Origin: an uncultured Gammaproteobacteria bacterium
GTDB lineage: Bacteria; Patescibacteriota; Microgenomatia; UBA8517
DNA: 64,000 nucleotides
Direction of reading: 5' to 3'
Assembly (NCBI GenBank): GCA_964635715.1
Contig: CAZWNZ010000002.1
Span: 104,009-168,008 of the forward strand
Part shown: positions 8,690-17,505 of the stretch, piece by piece
Layout: the number at the start of each line of letters is the position of its first letter
How positions within the stretch are numbered: the first letter of the stretch is position 1
Translations under genes and position numbers: made by a program
Notes under the pieces: generated by a model
What the model was told of the DNA's origin: nothing
Database searches by the model: none
Seen by the model: the letters and a program-made list of their open reading frames with translations, nothing else

Positions 8690-10963
8690 ATGAAATCCAA
8701 GTTTATTTGTATCGTTTTTATATGTTTGTGTATTGCGTTTGCTTTTCCAAAAACTTCTAGTGCGCAAATTAACTTTAATAATTGGTTAAATACAACAAAT
8801 ACTCTTCACAACGTTGCTGGCACTTATATTACAACGCACAATAATACACTTTATGTCTTGGGAGGAGCTGGTTACACTTGGACAATAGGCGAATATTCGA
8901 ATATAAACAACGATGGGTCGTTGGGGCAGTGGAATAATATTTCTGCAACCCCATCAAAATATTGGCACGCAGGTGCAATCAAAGATGATTATACATATTT
9001 GATAGGTGGAAATAACACAGATTACCAAGCAACAAATACCGTCGTTATGGGTAAAATAGAATCGAATGGTGATATTTTAGAGTGGAAAGAAGTTGCAGGG
9101 TTACCCAAAACTTTGGTGCTACCAGCCGCGACAATTGTCGGTGATAGATTGTATGTTGCAGGCGGGAACGTGCTTAACACGGATCACACTAACAACCTGA
9201 CAAATCAAGATATCTACATGGCTTTAATAAATATAAACGATGGCACTTTGGGTGATTGGTCAGTTGTTGGATTACTACCATATCCAATGATGGGTTTTGG
9301 AATGTTAGAGATTGATAACTACTTGTATATTTTTGGGGGTAAAATACCCAACGATACAAATACAAATGAGGTAAAAAGAGCATATATTAACAATGACGGT
9401 ACACTATTAGGCTGGAGTGATCAGCCCACTTTACCAATCCCATTCTGGAGGACAGCAATTACTCGTGTCGGTAATACTTTAATAACTGCCGGAGGAGAGT
9501 ATGGAACATGGCCGTACAATTATGCTATTGATAATGTGTATTATTCCTTCGTCTTACCAGATGGACAAATATCCGAATGGAATACCGGCCCTTCACTTCC
9601 ACTGGTAAATTGTTGTTCCTCCGCAACTTCATGGAACGATTATATTTATTTAGTTGGAGGACATGATGAAGTTAATTATTATAATTCAGTACTCTTTAGT
9701 CACATCTCCACTCCAGTTCCAGTTACCAAAACAGTTTTTGCTCCAGGTCTTATGGCAAGTTGGAATACAGAAGCAATCTTAAACTGTTCATCTGAGACAA
9801 ATACAGAATGGACTTTGGCTCCTTATGCTAAAAGTGTTTATGAACCTATTTATCAGGCTTTAAACGAAAGTGGTTGGACTACCCTACCCTTTTATTATGA
9901 CTGGCGTCAAAAAATTTCTGATAATTCCCAAGAATTGGCAAATTTTATTGATAAAAATACTTCATCCGAAGAAAAAGTAAATCTGGTTGGACATAGTATG
10001 GGAGGTCTTGTCGGTAGAGGTTATCTTGACGCTTCTGAGGGAGGTAAGCTTGCTAGCTTGCTGGCCGTGGGGACACCTAATAAAGGTTCCGCTTACTCAT
10101 ACTATCCCTGGGAGGGTGGGGAAATACTAAGAAATAGTCTTATCGAAAAAATAGCTCTTACCATTTATGTAAAACACTGCAGTGAAAATCCCATCACAGA
10201 TCGTCAAACTATTCAAGAAAATGTACCGTCTCTTCAAGATCTTCTGCCAACCGATGCATATCTACAAAAAGAGAATGATTCGATTTTATATTTACCAGCC
10301 AGTGAAAAAAATCAAAACAATTGGATTGACACCCTTTCTTCCAACAACTATGGAATTAAATTAGGATATCTTGCCGGAATTGGAAACAAAACTATAAAAA
10401 CTATCATAACAACAGATCCCAAGAAAAAAGACATTAAAAATGGTGATTGGGAGGACGGCAGACCTTCGGGTGAAACATTGTCAGAAGAAGGAGACGGAAC
10501 AGTTCTTCTTTCGAGTGCTACCCTGCCTGACATTCCTGAAGAAAATGCATATGTAATAAATCAAGATCATAGAAGTTTAATTAATTCTGTCGAGGGGATG
10601 AGTAAAGTTCTTGAATTTCTCGGTAATCCCGAATCAACTATTACTGAGGCGTCAACACTTAATTTACAATCAGAACCTAATTCAGCCTTGATTATAATTG
10701 GCTATCCGGCTGATTTTATAATAACTGACAACAGTGGAGAAATTAAATCTGATGATGACGGCATGATTGCCTTAATGAATCCAAAATCTGGAAACTACAA
10801 GGTAAATCTACTATCAAAATCAAATGAAACTTTATTTATTGTTGCTCAATTTTTACCCAATGGAGATGTTAAATACAAAGAATACAAATTTAAAGGTATT
10901 GGACCAAAGTTCAAAACTCTAAAATTTGATCTTAGAAATCCGAAAGAGGATATTTTAGAGTAG
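8690..10963 (+). CDS. Secreted Kelch beta-propeller fused to an alpha/beta-hydrolase (PGAP1/LCAT-like lipase/acyltransferase)
   Basis: Signal peptide; about six LY.GG...W Kelch blades; then APG, YDWR, nucleophile elbow GHSMGG (9989-10006), GDGTV and a C-terminal His. Confidence 0.8.
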   Translation: MKSKFICIVFICLCIAFAFPKTSSAQINFNNWLNTTNTLHNVAGTYITTHNNTLYVLGGAGYTWTIGEYSNINNDGSLGQWNNISATPSKYWHAGAIKDDYTYLIGGNNTDYQATNTVVMGKIESNGDILEWKEVAGLPKTLVLPAATIVGDRLYVAGGNVLNTDHTNNLTNQDIYMALININDGTLGDWSVVGLLPYPMMGFGMLEIDNYLYIFGGKIPNDTNTNEVKRAYINNDGTLLGWSDQPTLPIPFWRTAITRVGNTLITAGGEYGTWPYNYAIDNVYYSFVLPDGQISEWNTGPSLPLVNCCSSATSWNDYIYLVGGHDEVNYYNSVLFSHISTPVPVTKTVFAPGLMASWNTEAILNCSSETNTEWTLAPYAKSVYEPIYQALNESGWTTLPFYYDWRQKISDNSQELANFIDKNTSSEEKVNLVGHSMGGLVGRGYLDASEGGKLASLLAVGTPNKGSAYSYYPWEGGEILRNSLIEKIALTIYVKHCSENPITDRQTIQENVPSLQDLLPTDAYLQKENDSILYLPASEKNQNNWIDTLSSNNYGIKLGYLAGIGNKTIKTIITTDPKKKDIKNGDWEDGRPSGETLSEEGDGTVLLSSATLPDIPEENAYVINQDHRSLINSVEGMSKVLEFLGNPESTITEASTLNLQSEPNSALIIIGYPADFIITDNSGEIKSDDDGMIALMNPKSGNYKVNLLSKSNETLFIVAQFLPNGDVKYKEYKFKGIGPKFKTLKFDLRNPKEDILE

Positions 10964-10974
10964 ATAATAAACCT

Positions 10975-11487
10975 CTAGCTTTTTACCCACTCCCTGAAAT
11001 CTTTAAAAAGTTTGGGAACTTCACGATAGAAGAAATAAATCAAAACCACGGCATAGGCAATACCGGCAACTATTAATACCGGCAATGTTCTGAAATATAT
11101 TCCAAGATAAAATGCATGAATCCCGGCTGCAAAAAATGCCAAATAGATTAAAACGTTTGCATACTTCCATTTCTTGAATATCAAAAACAAAGAAAACATC
11201 GAAAACCAAAAAGCTGCCATTCCTATCGAGTTATAAAAATTTGTAGGCGTTCTACAAATTACACATGCGTTTATAAACGCAACATAGGGATCGACTCCAT
11301 TGCCTACAAAATAGTTTATCGCAACAAAAAGCAGCGGATGTACTATTGCTAGAGGAAGGGTAATTTTGATTATTTTTTCCGCAATTCGCGGTTTAGTGAT
11401 TTGAATCACCAGAACAGCAAAAAGAAGAAAATAAAAGATAACCCCGCTTATTCTTAAAAATGGACCAATTAAAATTGCCGTATGCAT
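10975..11487 (-). CDS. Small membrane protein, ferric-reductase/MsrQ-like transmembrane domain (degenerate)
   Basis: About 5 TM helices with VHP and GIHA histidines; the usual W..LH.L.Y histidine appears as WKYANVLIY. Confidence 0.4.
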   Translation of the reverse strand: MHTAILIGPFLRISGVIFYFLLFAVLVIQITKPRIAEKIIKITLPLAIVHPLLFVAINYFVGNGVDPYVAFINACVICRTPTNFYNSIGMAAFWFSMFSLFLIFKKWKYANVLIYLAFFAAGIHAFYLGIYFRTLPVLIVAGIAYAVVLIYFFYREVPKLFKDFREWVKS

Positions 11488-11490
11488 AAG

Positions 11491-11564
11491 TGGTCGCGTC
11501 TGGACTTGAACCAGAGACCTTACGAATGTGAATCGTACGCTCTAACCAACTGAGCTACGCGACC
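11491..11564 (-). tRNA. tRNA-Val (anticodon CAC), CCA not encoded
   Basis: Reverse complement GGTCGCG TA GCTC AGTTGGTTA GAGC G TACGA TTCACAT TCGTA AGGTC TCTGG TTCAAGT CCAGA CGCGACC A forms a full cloverleaf. Confidence 0.97.
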
Positions 11565-11636
11565 CGGTTAAAACAAATTGTATCTAATTGCACACAATTT
11601 CCTTACTACAGACATAATTTTAACACAAACCAGGCA

Positions 11637-11665
11637 TTGACATAGAAAACATTTTTCAATAAAGT
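11637..11665 (+). promoter_or_regulatory. Sigma70 promoter of the guaB-like gene
   Basis: TTGACA-17 nt-TAAAGT. Confidence 0.7.
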
Positions 11666-11668
11666 AAA

Positions 11669-11706
11669 ATGTAATGATCGTACTCCGGTAAGGGTCTTCA
11701 TTACAT
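11669..11706 (+). promoter_or_regulatory. Structured 5' leader hairpin of the guaB-like gene
   Basis: 9-bp stem ATGTAATGA/TCATTACAT enclosing TAC-TCCG-GTA (cUNCGg tetraloop); ends 5 nt before the ATG. Confidence 0.55.
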
Positions 11707-11711
11707 CTTTT

Positions 11712-12767
11712 ATGAATGTTGATTTTAAATTGGGTCTTTCCTATGATGACGTGCTTTTAATTCCACAGTTATCTTCTATATCATCCAGATCGGAGGTGGA
11801 TCTTTCAACTCAAATAACTCCACATGTAAGGTTGGACATTCCCCTAATCAGTATAAATATGACTGACGTGACAGGTGTAGATATGGCCATAACTTTAGGC
11901 AACCTCGGAGGTCTGGGATTTTTACCCAGATTTGTTTCCCCTGAAGAGCAAGCTAATATGGTATGTAAAGTCAAGAAAGCGTGCGTAAAGGTCGGAGCGG
12001 CTGTAGGTTGTCGTGAAGGATACTTAGAAAGGGCTGAAATGTTGGCAAATGCGGGAGCTGATATTATCACTCTTGACGTTGCACACGGGGGAATGCTGCA
12101 AGCCGTTGAAGCAACCGGAATTTTGAAACATAAGTTTGGAAAAAAAGTGGATATAATCTCCGGAGTCGTCGGAACTTACGAAACAGCCATGGCTCTTTAT
12201 AAAGCAGGTGCTGATTCTGTAAGAGTGGGTGTTGGACCAGGAACTATTTGTATAACACGAACGCAGACAGGTGTCGGTGTGCCTCAAATAACTGCAGTCA
12301 TTGAAGCCTCACGCGCTGCCAGAAAGGTTGGAAAAACTGTTTTATGTGACGGCGGTACGGAAAATTCCGGTCATATAGTTAAAGGTCTTGCCGCAGGTGC
12401 TTCAGCTGTAGTAATCGGGAGCCAATTTGCAGGTCATAACGAGTGTCCGGGGAAAATTGTTGTTATAAACGGTAAAAAATATAAAGCGTACAACGCCTCA
12501 ACTTCTCTAACGGAGAAGAAAAATCATGAGAAACATCTTGAAAACCTTTCTAAAAATTACAGCAAACACATAGAAGGTGTTGAAAGCTTTGTTCTCTATA
12601 AAGGCCCTCTAAAAAACAGTACTGAATTGTGGACTGCCAATATCAGGTCAGGCTTGTCTTATTGCAACGCAAAAAATATTCCGGAACTTTGGAAAAAAGC
12701 AAAATTTATCAGGGTTTCACCTATAGGTCTCAATGAAAATGGTGCACACAATGTAACCTTAAGATAG
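11712..12767 (+). CDS. guaB: IMP dehydrogenase/GMP reductase family protein without CBS domains
   Basis: LSYDDVLLIP, VGVGPGTICITR (catalytic Cys), DGG and EGVE motifs. The flap lacks the IMPDH Arg-Tyr dyad, so it may be a GMP reductase. Confidence 0.8.
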   Translation: MNVDFKLGLSYDDVLLIPQLSSISSRSEVDLSTQITPHVRLDIPLISINMTDVTGVDMAITLGNLGGLGFLPRFVSPEEQANMVCKVKKACVKVGAAVGCREGYLERAEMLANAGADIITLDVAHGGMLQAVEATGILKHKFGKKVDIISGVVGTYETAMALYKAGADSVRVGVGPGTICITRTQTGVGVPQITAVIEASRAARKVGKTVLCDGGTENSGHIVKGLAAGASAVVIGSQFAGHNECPGKIVVINGKKYKAYNASTSLTEKKNHEKHLENLSKNYSKHIEGVESFVLYKGPLKNSTELWTANIRSGLSYCNAKNIPELWKKAKFIRVSPIGLNENGAHNVTLR

Positions 12768-12806
12768 TCCTTGTAATATCAGGTTGGTCTCCAATATAAT
12801 GATTTA

Positions 12807-13370
12807 ATGATAAAGAAATTGGGTGCGTTTTTTTTGGATATTTTTGAAGTTGTGGTCTTCGCAATCGGCATATTCTTTTTTGTATACCTCTTGGTTATGC
12901 GTCCTCATAAAATAGATGGACAATCAATGATGCCCAATTTCCCCGATAGTGAATATCTTCTTACCGAAAAAGTTACTTACTACTTTCATCAACCAAAGCG
13001 TGGCGATGTTGTCGTCTTTACCCCACCCGTTACTGACTTAGATGAATACATTAAAAGAGTTATCGCAGTACCCGGAGAAACAATTATGATTAAAGAAGGT
13101 CGTATTTATATAAATGGTAAACTTCTTAATGAACCATACCTTGCTGATGATGTTTATACACATATTGGCAACTTCCTCAAAGAAGGACAAGAATATAAAG
13201 TTCCGGAAGGTGAATATTTTGTAATGGGAGACAATCGCTCAAACTCATCTGATTCAAGATACTGGGGATCAATTAAGAAAAATGTCATCAGTGGCCGTGC
13301 TTGGGTTATTTATTGGCCTCTAAAATTGGCAGGATCCGTTGAAACTCCTACATACTCTTTTGCTGAATAA
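12807..13370 (+). CDS. lepB: Signal peptidase I
   Basis: GQSMMPNF (Ser), YIKRVIA (Lys) and MGDNRSNSSDSRYWG motifs. Confidence 0.95.
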   Translation: MIKKLGAFFLDIFEVVVFAIGIFFFVYLLVMRPHKIDGQSMMPNFPDSEYLLTEKVTYYFHQPKRGDVVVFTPPVTDLDEYIKRVIAVPGETIMIKEGRIYINGKLLNEPYLADDVYTHIGNFLKEGQEYKVPEGEYFVMGDNRSNSSDSRYWGSIKKNVISGRAWVIYWPLKLAGSVETPTYSFAE

Positions 13371-13389
13371 AAATTAGAGAAATAAAAAA

Positions 13390-14238
13390 TTATTCTGAAG
13401 TAACTGACTTATAGATTCTTTGCAAAATATTTTCTGTCTCATCCAAACCACCCTTAAGTATAAAAACAACTCTTGTTTCTCTTCTGGACCTAATTAGTTT
13501 GACAGAGTTTTTCCTCTGACTGGTAATTCCATTGTCGCTTCTTGCAACCAAAGCCTTTTCCATATCCTCCTGCATCTTATCAATCTCCTCAGAAACAATT
13601 CTGATGTGTTCATCATTCTTTTTAACTTCCTGATTTGATTTAACCTTCATTCGCCTGGCAAGCTCCTCCGCTCTCCTCACAGACCCGCTTTCTTTCAAAA
13701 CAATCTTGTAAGCCTCTATCATCAAATTACTGTCATCAATCGCTGCCAAAGCCCTTGCATGACCTTCACTAATAAGTCCTGAAAGTAATCCATCTTTTAG
13801 TGCATCCGGAAGTGATAAAAGTCTCAAGGAGTTGCTAACATAGGCGACACTTTTACCTATTCTAACTGCGATCTCACTTGTGGTAAGACCAAATTCATTC
13901 ATGAGTCTTTCAAAGCCTTTGGCACGATCAAGTGGATTAAGATCAACTCTTTGAACATTTTCTACAAGAGCCATCTCAAGCATTCCTTTAGGCGAAGTTT
14001 CACGAATAATTACGGGCACATGGGTCAGCCCTGCTAACTTTGATGCTCTCCAGCGTCTTTCGCCCGCAATAATTTGGAATCCGGCAGGGGTTTTAGCTAC
14101 AACTAAAGGTTCCAGAATTCCATGTTCGCGAATGGAATCTACAAGATCCACCAGACTTTCCGGAGTAATGGCACCACGAGGTTGTAGAGGGTTTGGTTGA
14201 AGTTGATTTATGTCTAGTTGTATTACTTCTTCTGCCAT
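13390..14238 (-). CDS. parB: Chromosome partitioning protein ParB/Spo0J
   Basis: PNPLQPR, IIAGERRWRA, ENVQRVDL and HTH motifs. Confidence 0.95.
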   Translation of the reverse strand: MAEEVIQLDINQLQPNPLQPRGAITPESLVDLVDSIREHGILEPLVVAKTPAGFQIIAGERRWRASKLAGLTHVPVIIRETSPKGMLEMALVENVQRVDLNPLDRAKGFERLMNEFGLTTSEIAVRIGKSVAYVSNSLRLLSLPDALKDGLLSGLISEGHARALAAIDDSNLMIEAYKIVLKESGSVRRAEELARRMKVKSNQEVKKNDEHIRIVSEEIDKMQEDMEKALVARSDNGITSQRKNSVKLIRSRRETRVVFILKGGLDETENILQRIYKSVTSE

Positions 14239-14239
14239 A

Positions 14240-14491
14240 TTATTTGCCTATAACAGAAATTACCTGTTTACCTAGTTTTTTGCTTACTTTTACAATTCCA
14301 TCTAAAATTGAGTAAAGACTATGGTCTCGTCCTTCCTTTACACCGTTACCCTTAGCAAATTTTGTACCTCTCTGCCTTATAAGAATTTGTCCTTTAGAGA
14401 CCTTTTCTCCATCAGAAACTTTTGGACCAAGCCTTTTACCTGCTGGACTTACATGTTGTGAAGCTTTACCTCCTGCTTTGTGTGTTGACAT
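14240..14491 (-). CDS. rpmA: 50S ribosomal protein L27
   Basis: KRLGPK, ILIRQRGTKF and GRDHSLYS motifs; no N-terminal Prp extension. Confidence 0.95.
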   Translation of the reverse strand: MSTHKAGGKASQHVSPAGKRLGPKVSDGEKVSKGQILIRQRGTKFAKGNGVKEGRDHSLYSILDGIVKVSKKLGKQVISVIGK

Positions 14492-14535
14492 ATTATTAGT
14501 ACTAAGTACTAGTTCTGTGTACTTAGCTATAAGCG

Positions 14536-14564
14536 AATATAGCGAATGTTTTCACAGTTGTCAA
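14536..14564 (-). promoter_or_regulatory. Dedicated sigma70 promoter of rpmA-parB
   Basis: Minus strand TTGACA-17 nt-TATATT; the leader holds an 8-bp hairpin CTAAGTAC/GTACTTAG (14502-14526). Confidence 0.65.
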
Positions 14565-14634
14565 GAGGACAGAAAGATATAGTTTGATATATGCTGTTTC
14601 AAAATGTATAAATATCATGTAATATGCGTGCTTT

Positions 14635-15561
14635 ATGAGTATAGAAAGAGTTATTATTGACGAGCAAAGACTGACGCAAGTTATCAAAACCGTTTTGGCC
14701 ACTAAGGATAATAAAGAATTCGTTTTTGCCGGCAACTATATCAGTCCGGAGGTTCCATATGTTGATTCACTTATTAAAGTTGGTAATGAACTTAAAAATC
14801 CAGATTTTGCTTCAAACGCTCTATTCCTAACAACAGCTCTAATAAGGGGAAATAATACACGGAGCTTTTTCAATAGCAGGCTTGTCGATCCAAGGAATAT
14901 ACTTGAAAATTCTTGGATTTTTGAACCCGAAAAAGTCCTCAGCAAGGGCAAAGTACTGACTGAAGAAACATGCAGAAAGTTCTTTCGACCAGCCGGATAT
15001 TGCGTAAATGCCATATATAACTGGTTTTATAACTGTCAGGTAATTAAAAATAATGGCGGGAGTATCACTCGTTGTTTTGACAATTTAGATGGAGATTGGA
15101 AAAGAATAGAGAAATTTGTATATCTTAGAAATCGGGCTAAAACCAGCGAAAAAATCAAGGCAGGATCTCTGTTAAATTACGGCCAGCATCTTACATACCT
15201 TGCTTTTCAATGGCTTTCATATTATGGTCTATACAAATTTACCAATCTTAAAACTATTCCTGTCGATTTCCAGTTAGCCAGAATTTCAATACAAACAGAT
15301 GCAATTGCAATAAACGGCAATCCGAATGTGGACGAAATTATAACAAGAGGTTTGACACCCGCGTTTATAAAAGTGTGTAAGGAAAACAGTTTCGACCCCC
15401 GGGAAGTCTCCCAAGCCCTTTGGTCATTTGGCAATGAAGGATGCAATAATAAATTACATGGCGAGTGCCCACTTGAAAATCTATGTGTAAGATATATCAC
15501 AAGTAAGAAATATCAAACTTCCGGAAGACTTAGCAGTAAAGATGAGGGACGCTATGAATAA
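14635..15561 (+). CDS. Putative HhH-GPD superfamily DNA glycosylase-like protein with a variant Fe-S motif
   Basis: HhH-like LLNYGQHLT, IPVDFQLARI (PVD Asp), ALWSFG and C-x4-H-x2-C-x5-C. Confidence 0.55.
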   Translation: MSIERVIIDEQRLTQVIKTVLATKDNKEFVFAGNYISPEVPYVDSLIKVGNELKNPDFASNALFLTTALIRGNNTRSFFNSRLVDPRNILENSWIFEPEKVLSKGKVLTEETCRKFFRPAGYCVNAIYNWFYNCQVIKNNGGSITRCFDNLDGDWKRIEKFVYLRNRAKTSEKIKAGSLLNYGQHLTYLAFQWLSYYGLYKFTNLKTIPVDFQLARISIQTDAIAINGNPNVDEIITRGLTPAFIKVCKENSFDPREVSQALWSFGNEGCNNKLHGECPLENLCVRYITSKKYQTSGRLSSKDEGRYE

Positions 15562-15562
15562 A

Positions 15563-15868
15563 TTAACCAATCTTCTCAACTAAAAGTCTTGTATATTGTG
15601 CTCTGAAGCCTGTGTGCCTTTTGTACCTGCTTTTTGCTTTGAATTTGTAAATTTCGACCTTCTCCCCTTTTTCGAGCTCGGTAATAACTTTGAATTTGAC
15701 TTCATTTTTAAGAGTTGGTTTCCCAACATTTACCTTGTCCCCGTCAACCACAAGAAGAGTTTCGGATGTTAATTTTTTAGGATCAATAATTTTATCGACA
15801 AGAATTTCCTTGCCTTCCTCTACTTTATATTGTTTACCGCCAATTTGAACAACTGCGTATTTGGTCAT
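15563..15868 (-). CDS. rplU: 50S ribosomal protein L21
   Basis: YAVVQIGGKQYKV...GFRAQYT. Promoter TTGTCA-17 nt-TAAAAT lies just upstream. Confidence 0.96.
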   Translation of the reverse strand: MTKYAVVQIGGKQYKVEEGKEILVDKIIDPKKLTSETLLVVDGDKVNVGKPTLKNEVKFKVITELEKGEKVEIYKFKAKSRYKRHTGFRAQYTRLLVEKIG

Positions 15869-15923
15869 ATGAAACGTATTTTAACACGAGAGTGGGTAGG
15901 TGACAAGCTCTCACTTAGGCTAA

Positions 15924-16451
15924 TTAATTTGAGGGGCTGGGCACAGGTAGATGTTTTTGACCATACTTACACATTATATCGGTCAGTTCATTTAACTTTT
16001 TAAGATTCTTTATTTCTGATATCTCTCTGCCTAAACTATCATCAATTCTAAATAGTTGATGTCCTTCTGTGTATGTCGATTTAACAGTAAACAGATCTTT
16101 CATATATCTTTGGCCATTCTTGTGAACCTTGACCGTAATTTGATCAGGTAGTGAGTTATCTTTTCTGGTTGCAGCAAAATTTATTTTTACATCATAAAAA
16201 TTGTCAGTTTCTAAACCCTCTTCTCCGTCAAACATAGGAAAACTGTCAATACATACAACCTCTCCTTTTTTATTATCCCAACCGCCGTGTTCGGTGATCA
16301 GAGTGCCCAATTTACCGGCAATTTCACCCGACAGTTTATCCTTTCTAGAATTCGTCTCTTTTCTTTTTGATGCTTCTGCGAAAATGTCTGGAATATATTG
16401 TTTTTGTTCACGCATAAGTTTATAAATACACTTTGAAAGTTTTATTGTCAA
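15924..16451 (-). CDS. Hypothetical protein
   Basis: 175-aa ORF filling the gap between rodA and rplU; no recognised motif. Confidence 0.6.
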   Translation of the reverse strand: MTIKLSKCIYKLMREQKQYIPDIFAEASKRKETNSRKDKLSGEIAGKLGTLITEHGGWDNKKGEVVCIDSFPMFDGEEGLETDNFYDVKINFAATRKDNSLPDQITVKVHKNGQRYMKDLFTVKSTYTEGHQLFRIDDSLGREISEIKNLKKLNELTDIMCKYGQKHLPVPSPSN

Positions 16452-17503
16452 CCCTTTTTATATGCCCCCAATGCAATTCCCAGACCCATCATTGTAGCCA
16501 AAAGTGAAGAGCCACCCGCGGACAAAAGCGGGAAAGGAAGGCCTGTTATTGGTAGTATTCCCATATTCATTCCAACGTGTACAAAAAGCTGAACTAGATA
16601 AATTAAGAAAAATCCTGAAAGGTAAGCCCTTGCTTCGGGAGAAACTGAATGTTCCATAAAACGGGTCAGGCGTAGCAAAATAAAAAAACTGACACCTAGC
16701 ACAAGTCCTGCGCCAACGAAACCAAGCTCTTCCGCTACTGAAGCAAAAATGAAATCTGTTTGCTTTTCAGGCAAAAATGCCAACTGAGTTTGAATGCCTT
16801 TACCCAATCCTGTTCCAAAAATCTTTCCCGATCCTGCAGCTATACTTGCTTGAATACTGTTGTAACCGGCGCCAAGAGGGTCGCTTGAAGGATCTAAAAA
16901 AGTATATATTCTTTGTTTTTGGTATGGAGCCATGATATTCCATGCTACCGGAATAAGAGCTATACAAATCAAAAGACCTAGAATAAGATGTTTTTTGTTA
17001 AATTTACTGGCAATGAGAACGCCAATAAACCCGACTATTGTTAATATTGATACACCCAGTGATGGCTGTATCAAAATCAAAACTGTAGGAATTATTAAAA
17101 GAAAAAGCGCCTTACCGAATTTTTTAAAAGTCACTTCACCTTTTCCTAAATAGTTTGCAAAAAATATAAGTAAAAAGGGTCTAACCAACTCTGCGGGCTG
17201 AATACTGGTTGGTCCTAACTGAATCCATCTGACAGTATTTCTAGTAACCCCCCCGATTATCAGTGTTAACAGAAGAAAAATATTACTGATTATATAAAAA
17301 TACTTAGAAAATATTGATACTATACTGAATTCCACCATTGAGAACACCCAAAAGATCAGAAGCGAAATCAAAATATATACAAAATACATAGGAAATATCG
17401 AACCATCCAGAGAGTTAAGAATTACAATACTAAAAACAAGTAAAAACAAAATAGACAAAGTTAGTGGTATGTCTTTAAATAAATAATTCGTAAACGAACG
17501 CAT
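16448..17503 (-). CDS. rodA: Rod shape-determining protein RodA (SEDS)
   Basis: RWIQLG..SIQPAE, LAFLPEKQTDFIF and PITGLPFPLLSAGGSS motifs. Confidence 0.9.
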   Translation of the reverse strand: MRSFTNYLFKDIPLTLSILFLLVFSIVILNSLDGSIFPMYFVYILISLLIFWVFSMVEFSIVSIFSKYFYIISNIFLLLTLIIGGVTRNTVRWIQLGPTSIQPAELVRPFLLIFFANYLGKGEVTFKKFGKALFLLIIPTVLILIQPSLGVSILTIVGFIGVLIASKFNKKHLILGLLICIALIPVAWNIMAPYQKQRIYTFLDPSSDPLGAGYNSIQASIAAGSGKIFGTGLGKGIQTQLAFLPEKQTDFIFASVAEELGFVGAGLVLGVSFFILLRLTRFMEHSVSPEARAYLSGFFLIYLVQLFVHVGMNMGILPITGLPFPLLSAGGSSLLATMMGLGIALGAYKKG

Positions 17504-17505
17504 TT

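Noticed and set aside
8690-11564. Integrated mobile element at tRNA-Val
   Set aside because: No integrase and no duplicated tRNA 3' end were found.
13390-14634. parS site near parB
   Set aside because: No TGTTTCACGTGAAACA-like palindrome was seen by eye.
14635-15561. Gene between rplU and rpmA as the Prp protease
   Set aside because: Wrong strand, about three times too long, no Prp motif, and L27 has no cleavable extension.
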